The notes: generated from the letters alone by a model not told the origin. A stretch of DNA of 64,000 bases from Candidatus Limnocylindrales bacterium (GCA_038230295.1 JBBRNM010000004.1:2235-66234), one strand, 5' to 3'; positions 10,571 to 20,030 are shown, counted from the stretch's first letter. Translations and numbers: made by a program.

Positions 10571-10978
10571 ATGACCGATCGACCCGAGCTCGCCGAACGA
10601 CTCGCGAAGCTCAGCCCCATTCAGTACGCCGTCACGCAGGAAGCGCAGACCGAGCCCGCGTTCACTGGCGCGTACTGGGACAACCACGCCGACGGGGTCT
10701 ATCGCTGCGTGGTCTGCTCGACGCCCCTGTTCGAGTCCGGAACGAAGTTCGAGTCCGGCACGGGCTGGCCGAGCTTCTACGACGTCGTCGAGCGGGGCAA
10801 CGTCGCCACCCACGAGGACAGCCAGTTCGGGATGCGCCGCATCGAGGTGACGTGCGCGACGTGCGGCGCCCACCTCGGGCACCTCTTCCCGGATGGACCA
10901 CGGCCGACCGGGATGCGATACTGCATCAATTCGGCCGCACTCGAGTTCGATCCCGTCGCGGACTCGCCCTCGATCTGA
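10571..10978 (+). CDS. msrB: Peptide-methionine (R)-S-oxide reductase
   Basis: YRCVVCSTPLFESGTKFESGTGWPSFY ... CATCGAHLGHLFPDGPRPTGMRYCINS. Confidence 0.95.
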   Translation: MTDRPELAERLAKLSPIQYAVTQEAQTEPAFTGAYWDNHADGVYRCVVCSTPLFESGTKFESGTGWPSFYDVVERGNVATHEDSQFGMRRIEVTCATCGAHLGHLFPDGPRPTGMRYCINSAALEFDPVADSPSI

Positions 10979-11011
10979 GCGGCCCCACAGGGCCCCATTT
11001 GGCGCCCGGCG

Positions 11012-12253
11012 GTGGTGTATAAGGGCGTCGTGCCAGGCCTCGACACCGGCAACACGGCGTTCATGCTGCTGTGCGGCAGCCTCGTGATGCTCATGACGCC
11101 GGGGCTGGCGTTCTTCTACGGCGGCCTCGTCGGTCGCAAGAACGTCCTCGCGATCATGATCCAGAGCTTCGTCTCGATGGGCTGGACGACGGTCATCTGG
11201 TTCGCGGTTGGCTATTCGCTCTGTTTCTCGGGCGACACCGCGGGGATCATCGGCAATCTCGACAAGGCGTTCCTCAACGGCGTGTCGCTCTCCAGCCCGG
11301 CGGCACTGAACCCCTCGATCCCGGAGATCGTGTTCATCGCGTACCAGATGATGTTCGCGATCATCACGCCGGCCCTGATCACGGGCGCCTTCGCCAACCG
11401 CGTCACATTCAAGGCCTACATGGTCTTCCTGACGGCCTGGCTCCTCTTCGTCTATTTCCCGTTCGTCCACATGATCTGGGGCGGCGGCGTGCTCCAACGG
11501 TGGGGCGTTCTCGACTTCGCGGGCGGCATCGTCGTGCACAACATCGCGGGTCTCGCGGCGCTCGCCTCGGTGCTCTACGTGGGCAAGCGGCGCATCCGGG
11601 ACAACGGCCCCCACAGCATCCCGCTCGTCGCCCTCGGGACTGGGCTGCTCTGGTTCGGCTGGTACGGGTTCAACGCCGGCAGCGAGTTCCGGGTGGACTC
11701 GACGACCGCGATCGCGTTCCTGAATACCGACGTTGCCGCGTCCTTCGCCGCGATCTCGTGGCTCTTCACGGCCTGGTTTCTCGAGAAACGGCCGAGCTTC
11801 CTCGGGCTGCTCACCGGCGCCGTTGCGGGTCTGGCGACGGTCACGCCAGCCGCCGGGTTCGTGTCGCCACCGGCCGCCGCGCTCATTGGCCTCGTCTCCG
11901 GCGTCATCTGCTACGGCGCGGTCGCGCTCAAGAACCGCCTGGGCTGGGACGACGCCCTGGACGTCTGGGGCGTGCACGGGGTCGGTGGGTTCCTCGGGGT
12001 CGTGATGCTGGGTCTCCTGGCAAGCACGGCATTCAACCCCGCCGGAACCAACGGGCTCCTGGCCGGCAATCCCGAGTTCCTCCTCAAGGAGCTTGCGGCC
12101 GTCCTTCTGTCATCGGTCTGGGCCTTCGCGTTCACCTACGGCATGCTCTGGCTCATCGACCGAGTGACGCCCGTCCGGGTGGACGCGGACGTGGAGGACG
12201 TGGGCCTCGACACCGGGCTCCATCACGAGGAGGCCTACGTCGGCGCCATCTGA
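11012..12253 (+). CDS. amt: Ammonium transporter (Amt family)
   Basis: DTGNTAFMLLCGSLVMLMTPGLAFFYGGLV ... HNIAGLAALASVLYVGKR ... WGVHGVGGFLG. Multi-TM protein. Confidence 0.95.
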   Translation: MVYKGVVPGLDTGNTAFMLLCGSLVMLMTPGLAFFYGGLVGRKNVLAIMIQSFVSMGWTTVIWFAVGYSLCFSGDTAGIIGNLDKAFLNGVSLSSPAALNPSIPEIVFIAYQMMFAIITPALITGAFANRVTFKAYMVFLTAWLLFVYFPFVHMIWGGGVLQRWGVLDFAGGIVVHNIAGLAALASVLYVGKRRIRDNGPHSIPLVALGTGLLWFGWYGFNAGSEFRVDSTTAIAFLNTDVAASFAAISWLFTAWFLEKRPSFLGLLTGAVAGLATVTPAAGFVSPPAAALIGLVSGVICYGAVALKNRLGWDDALDVWGVHGVGGFLGVVMLGLLASTAFNPAGTNGLLAGNPEFLLKELAAVLLSSVWAFAFTYGMLWLIDRVTPVRVDADVEDVGLDTGLHHEEAYVGAI

Positions 12254-12404
12254 GCGGGAATGGCCAGGACGCGTCCGTGTTCACACGACGGGCCGCATGG
12301 CACTGGCCACCCGGGGCCATCGGGCGCAGACTGACCACATCGGAAACGGCGGACGGAGGCGTTGCAGAGATAGCGCCCGACCAGCTTCCGGAGGTATTCC
12401 CACC

Positions 12405-12614
12405 ATGAAACGACTCATCCCCTTCATGTCCGTGCTCATCGTCGCGATCGCGCTGTTCGCGTTCGCCAGTCGAACGGAGCAGGGCGCGATGATCCGCGCG
12501 GACGTCCGCAAGCGCGTCGGTCAGGCCATCGATGACGCCAAGGCGATGGCCCAGAACGGCGAGGACATCGCGGTCGACGTCGCGACGCTCGAGGTCGAGA
12601 CCGTCTCGATCTGA
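12405..12614 (+). CDS. Small membrane-anchored hypothetical protein (69 aa)
   Basis: ATG 12405 preceded by GGAGGT. MKRLIPFMSVLIVAIALFAFAS (signal/TM segment), then a hydrophilic tail. A strong terminator follows directly. Confidence 0.5.
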   Translation: MKRLIPFMSVLIVAIALFAFASRTEQGAMIRADVRKRVGQAIDDAKAMAQNGEDIAVDVATLEVETVSI

Positions 12615-12633
12615 ACCCAGCGCAACAGCAACT

Positions 12634-12664
12634 GGCCTCGGGCAACGTGCCCGAGGCCTTTTTT
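12634..12664 (+). terminator. Rho-independent terminator
   Basis: GGCCTCGGGC-AACGT-GCCCGAGGCC followed by TTTTTT. Confidence 0.8.
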
Positions 12665-12957
12665 CATGTCCGGCGGTTCCGCGTCTGCAAGAGGCGCGCG
12701 AACAGGTAGGCCCAGATCGGAAAGAGGATCTGGTCGCGAGCTCGTAGCAGCCGAGCATGATCGGCGCGATCGCGACGGTCATGACGAGGAGCAGGAGGTC
12801 GTTCAGGGTGCCAAACGGCTGCCGGTACGCAGAGAACAGCGCGAACGCGACGAGCGCCGCCGCTCCGGCGATCGCGGCGACGTAGCCTGCGAGCTGCGCG
12901 CGACGGACGCGTTCCATCGTGCTCATCGGTCCATCCTGGAGACGGAGGGAACCATCG

Positions 12958-13431
12958 ATGCGATCAAGACGTCCCGGCGCCATGAACCGCCGCTCCCTTG
13001 GTCTGTCGGCCGCCTTCGTCGCCCTGCTCATCCTCGGTGGCTGCAATCCCCGGGCGGGCGCCTCGAGCTCCCTCGCTCCGAGCCCATCGCCGGCCGTCAC
13101 CGCCACACCGTCGACCTCGAGCCTGAAGGGCAAAGCCGTCGCTGGTCCCACCTGCCCGGTCGAGCCGGCCTCGCCAAAGCCCGGCGAGTGCGCACCCCGC
13201 GTCGTGGCCGGCGCGGTCCTCGTCTTCACGGACTCTGGCGGTCATGAGGTTGCCCGAGTGACGACCGGCACCGACGGCTCGTTCGCGGTTCAGCTTCCGT
13301 CGGGCACCTACACGCTCACGCCCCAGGCGGTCCAGGGCCTCATGGGCGTTGCGCCGCCCGTCTCCGCGACGGTGCCCGCATCGGGGACAGCCGCGGATCT
13401 CATCGTGCAGTACGACACCGGCATTCGCTGA
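12958..13431 (+). CDS. Lipoprotein with a carboxypeptidase-regulatory-like beta-sandwich segment
   Basis: GGAGGG upstream of ATG 12958. Signal peptide plus lipobox: MRSRRPGAMNRRSLGLSAAFVALLILGGC. S/P/T linker, then VVAGAVLVFTDSGGHEVARVTTGTDGSFAVQLPSGTYTL. Confidence 0.7.
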   Translation: MRSRRPGAMNRRSLGLSAAFVALLILGGCNPRAGASSSLAPSPSPAVTATPSTSSLKGKAVAGPTCPVEPASPKPGECAPRVVAGAVLVFTDSGGHEVARVTTGTDGSFAVQLPSGTYTLTPQAVQGLMGVAPPVSATVPASGTAADLIVQYDTGIR

Positions 13432-13473
13432 TCTGACGAGGCGCTGGGCTGGAGATCGACATCGGGGCCGGCC

Positions 13474-14721
13474 TCAGAACCAGCTGGTGCACCAGGGTTC
13501 GTCGATCGTCTTGAACATGCGATCGGCCTCGGCCAGTGCCCCCGGGCGATTCTCCGTAGCGCCGCCAGCCCGGGTGACGTCGGCGAGGCGAGTCCCGCCA
13601 AGCGATGCCGCGCCAAGAGCCCGGGCAGTAACGGCCAGATCCGGCGTGGCGTCGGTCCGGAGGCACCTTGCGCCATCGACCCCGGCCTCGAGGCGGTAGC
13701 GTCCAGCAGCCGGTCCAGCGTTCCCGAAGAGATCATCGATCACCTCGATCACCAGGTCCGCGTCGCGCTCGTAGCGGCGCTCGCCGAGCAACCGTTCCAC
13801 GTCGTACGGCCTGACCCACAGGAACTCGGTGAGCCCGGTGACCCTCGCCGCACGGGCATCCGACACGTACCACTGGATCGGCTCGCGGGACCGGCGGGTC
13901 TCGGCCTTGATCGTCGCGACGAGGTCCGCCTGGAGGAGGTAGCGCCACAGGTCGAGCTCGGCTTCTGGTGTGGCACCATGCAGCTCATCAACGAGGATGG
14001 CGTTCTCGGGGATGCCGTCTTCCCAGTGCTCCTCGCCCTTGTATCGCACGTGGCCGTCCGTGACGCCGGCGGCATCCCGGTGGATCGCGACCTGGCCCTG
14101 CCAGCGCGGGCGACCCGGCGTCTCGACGAGGCCCAGGTCGACATCCCACCAATAGTCGAGCCGCGCGATCTCGCCCGGCTGGCCCGCGTGATATCGGCGA
14201 TAGATGTCGGGCAGTACCTCGCGCGCCGCTTTCGCGCGGACGATCTCGACGCTGCCGACCGGCTCCAAGAGGAATCGCGCCGCGCGAGTGCGGATCGTCC
14301 ACTTGGCCTGCCACGTAGCAGGGCCGTAGCCGAACCGTCCGTAGATCGGCCATTCCGACGCGATGAGGACGCTGGCGACGTCACCGCGCTGCATGCCGGC
14401 CTCGATGTCGGCGGCGATCATCCGGGACAGGATCCCGCGGCGACGATGCGTTGGCTGGACCGTTACCGCGGTCACGGCGTTGACCGGCACCTGCGCCCCG
14501 CCGGGCAGCGCCAGCTGCGTCCCAAAGGTGCGGAACGTTCCAACGATGGCCTTGCCATCGAAGGCGCCAGTCGTCCGGTCCAGCTCGAGATACTTGCCGC
14601 GGGCCTCCGCAGCGGCCTCCGGGTCGGTCGGCCAGATGAAAAAGCCCGCGCCCACGGCGGCATACCAGGCAACGATCTCGTCCTGGTCGATCGCTCGAAC
14701 GTTGATGGGCACGGCGGGCAC
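13474..14721 (-). CDS. Eis-like GNAT acetyltransferase (GNAT + SCP2-like C-terminal domain)
   Basis: From GTG 14721/14712: VPINVRAIDQDEIVAWY...VTVQPTHRRRGILSRMI...IASEWPIYGRFGYG...ending WCTSWF. The upstream 200 aa of ORF 13474..15348 overlap the phosphatase gene and are rejected. Confidence 0.8.
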   Translation of the reverse strand: MPAVPINVRAIDQDEIVAWYAAVGAGFFIWPTDPEAAAEARGKYLELDRTTGAFDGKAIVGTFRTFGTQLALPGGAQVPVNAVTAVTVQPTHRRRGILSRMIAADIEAGMQRGDVASVLIASEWPIYGRFGYGPATWQAKWTIRTRAARFLLEPVGSVEIVRAKAAREVLPDIYRRYHAGQPGEIARLDYWWDVDLGLVETPGRPRWQGQVAIHRDAAGVTDGHVRYKGEEHWEDGIPENAILVDELHGATPEAELDLWRYLLQADLVATIKAETRRSREPIQWYVSDARAARVTGLTEFLWVRPYDVERLLGERRYERDADLVIEVIDDLFGNAGPAAGRYRLEAGVDGARCLRTDATPDLAVTARALGAASLGGTRLADVTRAGGATENRPGALAEADRMFKTIDEPWCTSWF

Positions 14722-14810
14722 GATACGCGGCTCGACGACCCGGCGGCAACCGGATTCCGGACGACCGCCGTGGAATTGCGCGAGCGGCTCGCAGCCGTAA
14801 GCCAGTCCAC

Positions 14811-15458
14811 CTAGGCGCCGACGCAGGCCTCGTTCCAGCGCTGGAGGTCGGCGATCTCGCGCTCCCAGCCAAGGACCGAGAGCGTCGCGGTCGAAAGCGC
14901 GAACCGTCGGCCTTCCACCGGCAGGAGGTCGAGCCAACGGGCGGCCAGGATCCTCAGGATGTGGCCATGGGCGAAGCACAGGACATCGCCGGAGGCGGCC
15001 AGGACCCGCTGGATGACGACATCCGCGCGGGTGCTGACGTCGTCGATCGTCTCGCCGCGCCGCGGACCTTCGCCCCAGATCGACCAGCCCGGTCGTTCGG
15101 CCCGGATCTCCTCGGTGGTGCGGCCCTCGTCGGTGCCATAGTCCCACTCGCGCAGGTCGTCGACGAGCTCGACGCGCGCGCCGAACCCCGCGATCCGGCA
15201 CGTATCCAGGGCCCGCATCAGCGGGCTTGAGAGCACCTCGGCGAACGGATGCTGGCCGATCTTGCGGCCCACGGCGACCGCCTGCGAACGACCGAGATCC
15301 GTCAACGGGATGTCGGTCCGACCGGTGTGCCGGCCCCGTTTCGCCCATTCGGTCTCGCCGTGTCGAACCAGCCAGAGGCGTGGTCGCACGGGATCGACAT
15401 CAGGCACTTCCGGCAGGGTCACGCCGCGGATGCTGGGCGGTCTTTCCGGTGACGTCAA
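14811..15458 (-). CDS. Histidine phosphatase (phosphoglycerate mutase) family protein
   Basis: RLWLVRHGETEWAKRGRHTGRTDIPLTDLGRSQA (RHG motif) ... FAHGHILR. The exact start is uncertain. Confidence 0.85.
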   Translation of the reverse strand: MTSPERPPSIRGVTLPEVPDVDPVRPRLWLVRHGETEWAKRGRHTGRTDIPLTDLGRSQAVAVGRKIGQHPFAEVLSSPLMRALDTCRIAGFGARVELVDDLREWDYGTDEGRTTEEIRAERPGWSIWGEGPRRGETIDDVSTRADVVIQRVLAASGDVLCFAHGHILRILAARWLDLLPVEGRRFALSTATLSVLGWEREIADLQRWNEACVGA

Positions 15459-15498
15459 TCGCGGCGGGCCGATGTCCTCCTCGTCCTAGACTGCCCGG

Positions 15499-16401
15499 GT
15501 GACGGTGTTCGAGATCGAGCCGATGGGCCCCTTCAGCCTCGCCGCGGCCCGGGACTTCGCCGGCGGTTTCACGGCCCGAATCGGTGGTGGCGGTGTCGAG
15601 GGAACGTCGATCGTCATGTCGTTCCCACTCGAGGGCCGGAGCGCCAGCGCCGCGGTGGAGCTGCACCAGGAACCGTCCGGTCGGATCCTCGGCCTGACCG
15701 ATGCCGCGCCGGACGAGCTCTCGACCGTGATCCGGCAGGCGTCGCGTTCGCTGTCGCTCGACCACGATGGTTCTGGCTGGCCGGCGGTGGGGGAGCGGGA
15801 TCCGGTGATCGGACGCGCGCAGGAGACGTCCCACGACCTGCGGCCGGTCTGCTTCTATTCGGCCTACGAGGCGGCGACCTCGTTCGTGATCGGCCAGCGG
15901 ATCGCGATGCGCCAGAGCGCGCGGATCAAGGAATGGCTTCGCGAGTCGGCGGGCGACCGCCCGACCGTCGACGGTCGGGCCTACCCGGCGTTCCCGCGGC
16001 CCGAACAGCTCCTCGAGCTCAAGGAGATCGCCGGGGTGAGCGCCCAGAAGGTGACCTGGCTCCGCGGCATCGCCGAGGCGGCACTTGAAGGGCGTCTCGA
16101 CACGGAGCGATTACGTGCCATGCCGCGCGACGATGCCCTGGCGGCGCTCCGGGCGATCCCCGGGATCGGGCCGTGGACCGCCGAGGCGATCCGCCTGCGG
16201 GGCTGCGGCATGGCCGACGAGCTGCCGGAGAACGAGGAGGCAAGCCTCCACGCCGCGGCCGCGTTGTACGAGAGACCCTCGATTGACCGCGAGTCGTTCA
16301 CCGCGCTTGCGGACACCTGGCGACCGTATCGGATGTGGGCGGTGGTCCTGCTCCGGGTCGCCTGGAACCGATCGACGCCGGGACGCTCCTACCGAACGTG
16401 A
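15499..16401 (+). CDS. HhH-GPD DNA glycosylase (AlkA / 3-methyladenine glycosylase II-like)
   Basis: LRAIPGIGPWTAEAIRLRGCGMADELP (helix-hairpin-helix plus Gly/Pro loop and Asp). Confidence 0.8.
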   Translation: MTVFEIEPMGPFSLAAARDFAGGFTARIGGGGVEGTSIVMSFPLEGRSASAAVELHQEPSGRILGLTDAAPDELSTVIRQASRSLSLDHDGSGWPAVGERDPVIGRAQETSHDLRPVCFYSAYEAATSFVIGQRIAMRQSARIKEWLRESAGDRPTVDGRAYPAFPRPEQLLELKEIAGVSAQKVTWLRGIAEAALEGRLDTERLRAMPRDDALAALRAIPGIGPWTAEAIRLRGCGMADELPENEEASLHAAAALYERPSIDRESFTALADTWRPYRMWAVVLLRVAWNRSTPGRSYRT

Positions 16402-16432
16402 TCAGCGCCAACCGACCGCAGGGCGGCCGTCG

Positions 16433-17107
16433 CTACTCGACGTACTGGAGCGGCGTGATCGCGAAGGCGTCGGGGAGCTTCACGCCCGTCGCGTGGATCG
16501 GGCAGTAGCCGTTCGGGTTCTTGTCGAGGTATTGCTGGTGGTAGGCCTCGGCGAAATAGAACTCCGGAGCCGGCGGTCCGACGATCTCGGTCGTGATCGG
16601 TCCGAAGCCGGCCGCCGTCAGGCGCTCCTGGTACATGGCCCGTGACGCCTCGGCGATCCGGCGCTGCTCGTCGTCGTGGGCGAAGATCGCGGACCGGTAC
16701 TGGGTTCCCGTGTCGTTGCCCTGGCGCATGCCCTGGGTCGGGTCGTGGCTCTCCCAGAAGATCTTGAGCAGCCGCTCGTAGCCGACCTTCGCGGGCTCGA
16801 AGACGACGCGGACCGACTCCGCATGGCCGGTCTTGCCGCTGCAGGCCTCGCGGTAGGTCGGGTTGGGCGTGAAGCCGCCCTCGTAGCCAACCGCGGTTAC
16901 CCAGACACCCGGCACCTGCCAGAACGTCTTCTCCTCGCCCCAGAAGCAACCCAGCGCGAACTCGGCGATCTGGGAGCCGTCCGGGTAGGGACCCGCGAGG
17001 GGATGGCCGAGGATCGTGTGCAGTCCGGGTTGGACGATCGGCTCGGACCGACCCGGCAGGGCGTGCGTTGGATCCGGCATGGTCGCGGGCTTGTTGAGGA
17101 ACCACAT
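16433..17107 (-). CDS. msrA: Peptide-methionine (S)-S-oxide reductase
   Basis: From ATG 17107: MWFLNKP...[31 protein letters not shown]...[19 protein letters not shown] (GCFWG motif). The ORF-track start at 17278 is rejected. Confidence 0.95.
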   Translation of the reverse strand: MWFLNKPATMPDPTHALPGRSEPIVQPGLHTILGHPLAGPYPDGSQIAEFALGCFWGEEKTFWQVPGVWVTAVGYEGGFTPNPTYREACSGKTGHAESVRVVFEPAKVGYERLLKIFWESHDPTQGMRQGNDTGTQYRSAIFAHDDEQRRIAEASRAMYQERLTAAGFGPITTEIVGPPAPEFYFAEAYHQQYLDKNPNGYCPIHATGVKLPDAFAITPLQYVE

Positions 17108-17226
17108 GGCGGCGAACACTCCTTGGAAACGGGGCGAGATCAGTTTATCGCCGAGCCGGATTCGGACTGCTTCCGGGGCCGTCAGGGGCCTGCCGGCGCT
17201 CGCCACGGTGCTAGTCTCCGCCCACG

Positions 17227-18108
17227 ATGGGAGGCGGTTTAGAGAAGAACTGGCTACCCCGCGCCGACCTGTCGCCAAGGCAGCGGGCCATCCGCTACGC
17301 CATCGTCCGGAGGATCATCAGGACTGCCGCCAGGTTCCTGTTCCGGATGCGCCTCGTCGGCAGCGAGCGGATCCCCGCCGGCCCCGCCCTGTACTGCTTC
17401 AACCATCTCGGCTGGCTCGACCCCATCGCGATCATCACCACGTTCCCGTCGACGGTCCGGATCTATTTCTTCGGCCCCAAGGAGAGCGACCTCCGCCACG
17501 GCATCCGCAACCGGATCATCCTGTGGTCCGCGATCGCAGTGCCGTTCCGTCCGGAGAAGGACGACTTGCTCGCCTCCGTTCGGCGGGCCCAGGCGGTCTT
17601 CGACTCCGGCGCGATCCTCGCGATCGCCGGCGAGGGCCTGATCCACGTCCACGAGGGCGATCTGCTCCCGCTCCACGAGGGAGCGGCGTACCTCGCCCTC
17701 CGTGCGCGAGTGCCGATCGTGCCGGTCGCGATCACGGGCACCTCGCTCGTCGGCTTCCGACGGACGATTTCGGTCCGCATCGGCGAGCCGATCGCGACGG
17801 GACCACGCCCGACCAGCCAGGCAGTCGCCGACTACACCGCGATGACCTGGCACGCGATCCGGGCCATGGTCGCGGACGATCGCGATCTGCCGGTCCCAGG
17901 GCCGTTCGGGCGATGGTTCAGCGATGTCTTCAACGACTGGGGACCCGGCGGTCGCGCCGCCGCCTCGGCGAGGGTCGGCCCCGCTCCCAGCGAGGTGCCG
18001 CGACCCGTCATCGCGATCGTGAGCACCGGACCGGTCACGGGTTCGGTGGCTCTTCCGGAAGCCCTCGATCTCGGCGCCGCGAGCGCCCCGGCCAGCCCGC
18101 CCGGCTGA
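17227..18108 (+). CDS. plsC: 1-acyl-sn-glycerol-3-phosphate (lysophospholipid) acyltransferase
   Basis: HX4D motif FNHLGWLDP; AIAGEG and PIVPVAI blocks. Confidence 0.85.
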   Translation: MGGGLEKNWLPRADLSPRQRAIRYAIVRRIIRTAARFLFRMRLVGSERIPAGPALYCFNHLGWLDPIAIITTFPSTVRIYFFGPKESDLRHGIRNRIILWSAIAVPFRPEKDDLLASVRRAQAVFDSGAILAIAGEGLIHVHEGDLLPLHEGAAYLALRARVPIVPVAITGTSLVGFRRTISVRIGEPIATGPRPTSQAVADYTAMTWHAIRAMVADDRDLPVPGPFGRWFSDVFNDWGPGGRAAASARVGPAPSEVPRPVIAIVSTGPVTGSVALPEALDLGAASAPASPPG

Positions 18109-18176
18109 TCGGGAGCTCTGGCATACTCGGCCGGGATCGCCTGCTGCGCGGCGACCGGCCATTACAGGAGGCGCAC

Positions 18177-18542
18177 TTGGCCGCGACTGGCCTCTCCGTC
18201 GACCCGAAGGAATACCGCAAGCGGCTCGGGGATCAGCCCGACGAGCAGCTCGACCGCTGGGTTGCCGAGCTCCTCCGGGACGTCGTGAAGCGCCGCGGCA
18301 TCGTGAAGGTGGTCGCGGACTTCCGGAAGTCGACCGAGCTCTCTGAGGCCGAATTCGAACGCGTGTTCGCTTCAGGCGGTGGCGCGCCCTCGACGATCGG
18401 CCGCGATGCGCGCGGCGACCTGATCGTCCCAACGATCACGCTCTTCGCGCTCGTTCCGGGAATCCGCTCCCAGGTCGGCGACAGCCGGGCCCGACTGATC
18501 GACTACCTCGTCGCGAACTTCGGGGAGCTCGTGTACGTCTGA
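18177..18542 (+). CDS. Hypothetical protein (121 aa)
   Basis: TTG 18177 preceded by AGGAGG. LAATGLSVDPKEYRKRLGDQPDEQLDRWVAELLRDVVKRRG... has coding-like composition. I recognise no family. Only the 3' part of track ORF 17016..18542 is retained. Confidence 0.55.
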   Translation: MAATGLSVDPKEYRKRLGDQPDEQLDRWVAELLRDVVKRRGIVKVVADFRKSTELSEAEFERVFASGGGAPSTIGRDARGDLIVPTITLFALVPGIRSQVGDSRARLIDYLVANFGELVYV

Positions 18543-18546
18543 TCGG

Positions 18547-19392
18547 ATCGGCGGGCTCATTCGGCTCACGCATCCGTTTCCGTCGCTCCTCAATGGCGTT
18601 GCCACGGTTGCAATTGCCCTGCTCGCCGGGGGTCCGCTTACGGCGTCGATCCGACTAGGGTTGGCGATGCTCGCGTTGCAGGCCTCCATCGGGTCGCTGA
18701 ACGATCTCGTTGACGCGCCTCTCGATGCGGGGCGCAAGGCCGGCAAGCCGATCCCGATCGGCACCGCCACTCGGCGGGAGGCTCTCGCCTTTACCGTCAC
18801 TGGGTTCCTGGTCGGGGTCGCGCTGACGTGGCCTTCGGGGCCCGCCGCGACGGGCGTCGCGGTCGCCGGAGTGGGTTGCGGCTATCTGTACGACCTGCGG
18901 CTGTCGCGGACGGCCTGGTCGTGGCTCCCGTTTGCCGTCGGGTTGCCGCTCGTTCCGATCTACGCCTGGCTCGGCGCAACGGGCAGCCTGCCGGCCTCGC
19001 TCCTCCCGCTCCTTCCCATCGGGGTCCTCGCGGGCGCCGGTCTCGCCCTCGCCAATGGGCTGGCGGACCTCGAACGCGATGTCGCCGGCGGCATCGGGAC
19101 GGCGGCCGTCCGGCTGGGTCGGGCACGGACCTGGGCCCTCCATGCCGGCCTTCTTCTGGCCGCTGTCGGACTGGCCCTCGTCTCACTGGCTGGTGGGCCG
19201 GGCGGAGGCGGCGGATCGGGTCGGATCGCGCTCATCGCCGGGCTCGCCGTCGGCAGTGGGCTGATCGCCGTGGGTCTCGTCCTTGGGCGGGGTGGGGGAC
19301 CCGGACGTCGGGAGCGGGCGTGGGAGCTCGAGGCGCTTGGGGTCGCCGTGTTCGGCGCCGGCTGGGTGGCGGTGGTGGCCGGTTTGGGCTAA
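18547..19392 (+). CDS. UbiA-family aromatic prenyltransferase
   Basis: NDLVDAPLD Asp-rich motif and multi-TM profile. The conserved first helix (LIRLTHPFPSLLNGVATVAIALLAGG, 18553-18650) lies upstream of the first canonical start (TTG 18661), so the 5' end is set provisionally at ATC 18547. Confidence 0.75.
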   Translation: MGGLIRLTHPFPSLLNGVATVAIALLAGGPLTASIRLGLAMLALQASIGSLNDLVDAPLDAGRKAGKPIPIGTATRREALAFTVTGFLVGVALTWPSGPAATGVAVAGVGCGYLYDLRLSRTAWSWLPFAVGLPLVPIYAWLGATGSLPASLLPLLPIGVLAGAGLALANGLADLERDVAGGIGTAAVRLGRARTWALHAGLLLAAVGLALVSLAGGPGGGGGSGRIALIAGLAVGSGLIAVGLVLGRGGGPGRRERAWELEALGVAVFGAGWVAVVAGLG

Positions 19393-19514
19393 GCCGAACG
19401 GTACGAATAGGTCAGCGCGGGGACGCACCGGAGAACCTTTGGACCCCTAACAAGGGCGGATGCCTGCCGTTATTGTCGATAGATCCCAAGCGATAGACCT
19501 AGGAGCAAGTCCTC

Positions 19515-19979
19515 ATGATGTCCGTTCTCCTCCGCCACTCCCGTGGACTCTTCGTCGCCCTTCTGGCGCTCGGCCTCTCGGCAAGCCTGGCCTTGGCCGG
19601 TCAACCCGCTACATCGACGCACGGGCTCCAGTCATCGGCAGGCCAGACCGACGCGAGCGAGGCCCCGGACGCGAGTGAAGCTCCGGAAGCCACCGAGGCC
19701 CCCGACGCGAGCGAAACGCCCGACGCCAGCGAGACGACGAACGCGAACGGCTCGACGACCACCAGCGACAACTGCACCACCGATCCCGCGACCCTGACGC
19801 CGGAGCAGCTCGCCGCCGCGAGCCATGGCTCGATCGTCTGCTGGGCAGCCCAGCAGCCCACGCCGGGTAGCTACGCCAACCACGGCGCGTGGGTGCGGCA
19901 CTGGGCCCAGATGAAGTTCGATGCGAACGGCCTCCCGATCCTCAAGGCTACGCACGGCAAGTCCGCCCACAACAACTAG
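19515..19979 (+). CDS. Secreted hypothetical protein with acidic hexapeptide repeats
   Basis: Signal peptide MMSVLLRHSRGLFVALLALGLSASLALA. Five DASEAP-like repeats. C-terminal Cys/Trp/His-containing domain CTTDPATL...IVCWAAQQ...HGAWVRHWAQ. Confidence 0.7.
   Translation: MMSVLLRHSRGLFVALLALGLSASLALAGQPATSTHGLQSSAGQTDASEAPDASEAPEATEAPDASETPDASETTNANGSTTTSDNCTTDPATLTPEQLAAASHGSIVCWAAQQPTPGSYANHGAWVRHWAQMKFDANGLPILKATHGKSAHNN
19650..19739 (+). repeat. 5 x 18-nt in-frame tandem repeat (DASEAP/DASETP units)
   Basis: gacgcgagcgaggccccg / gacgcgagtgaagctccg / gaagccaccgaggccccc / gacgcgagcgaaacgccc / gacgccagcgagacgacg. Confidence 0.85.
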
Positions 19980-19998
19980 GCCTCGCCGGGGAGAAACG

Positions 19999-20030
19999 AG
20001 AAGCCGGCGCCCGAGGCGCCGGCTTCTTTC
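19999..20030 (+). terminator. Stem-loop terminator between two convergent genes
   Basis: AGAAGCCGGCGCC-CGA-GGCGCCGGCTTCT (13-bp stem) followed by TTC. It lies between the secreted-protein gene and parB. Confidence 0.7.

Noticed and set aside
17016-18176. 5' portions of long plus-strand track ORFs (17016..18542 shown here; also 32033..33790, 35829..37040, 43002..44804 and 40080..40991)
   Set aside because: In each case only the 3' segment has protein-like sequence and its own RBS/start. The upstream part overlaps a well-supported neighbouring gene in another frame.
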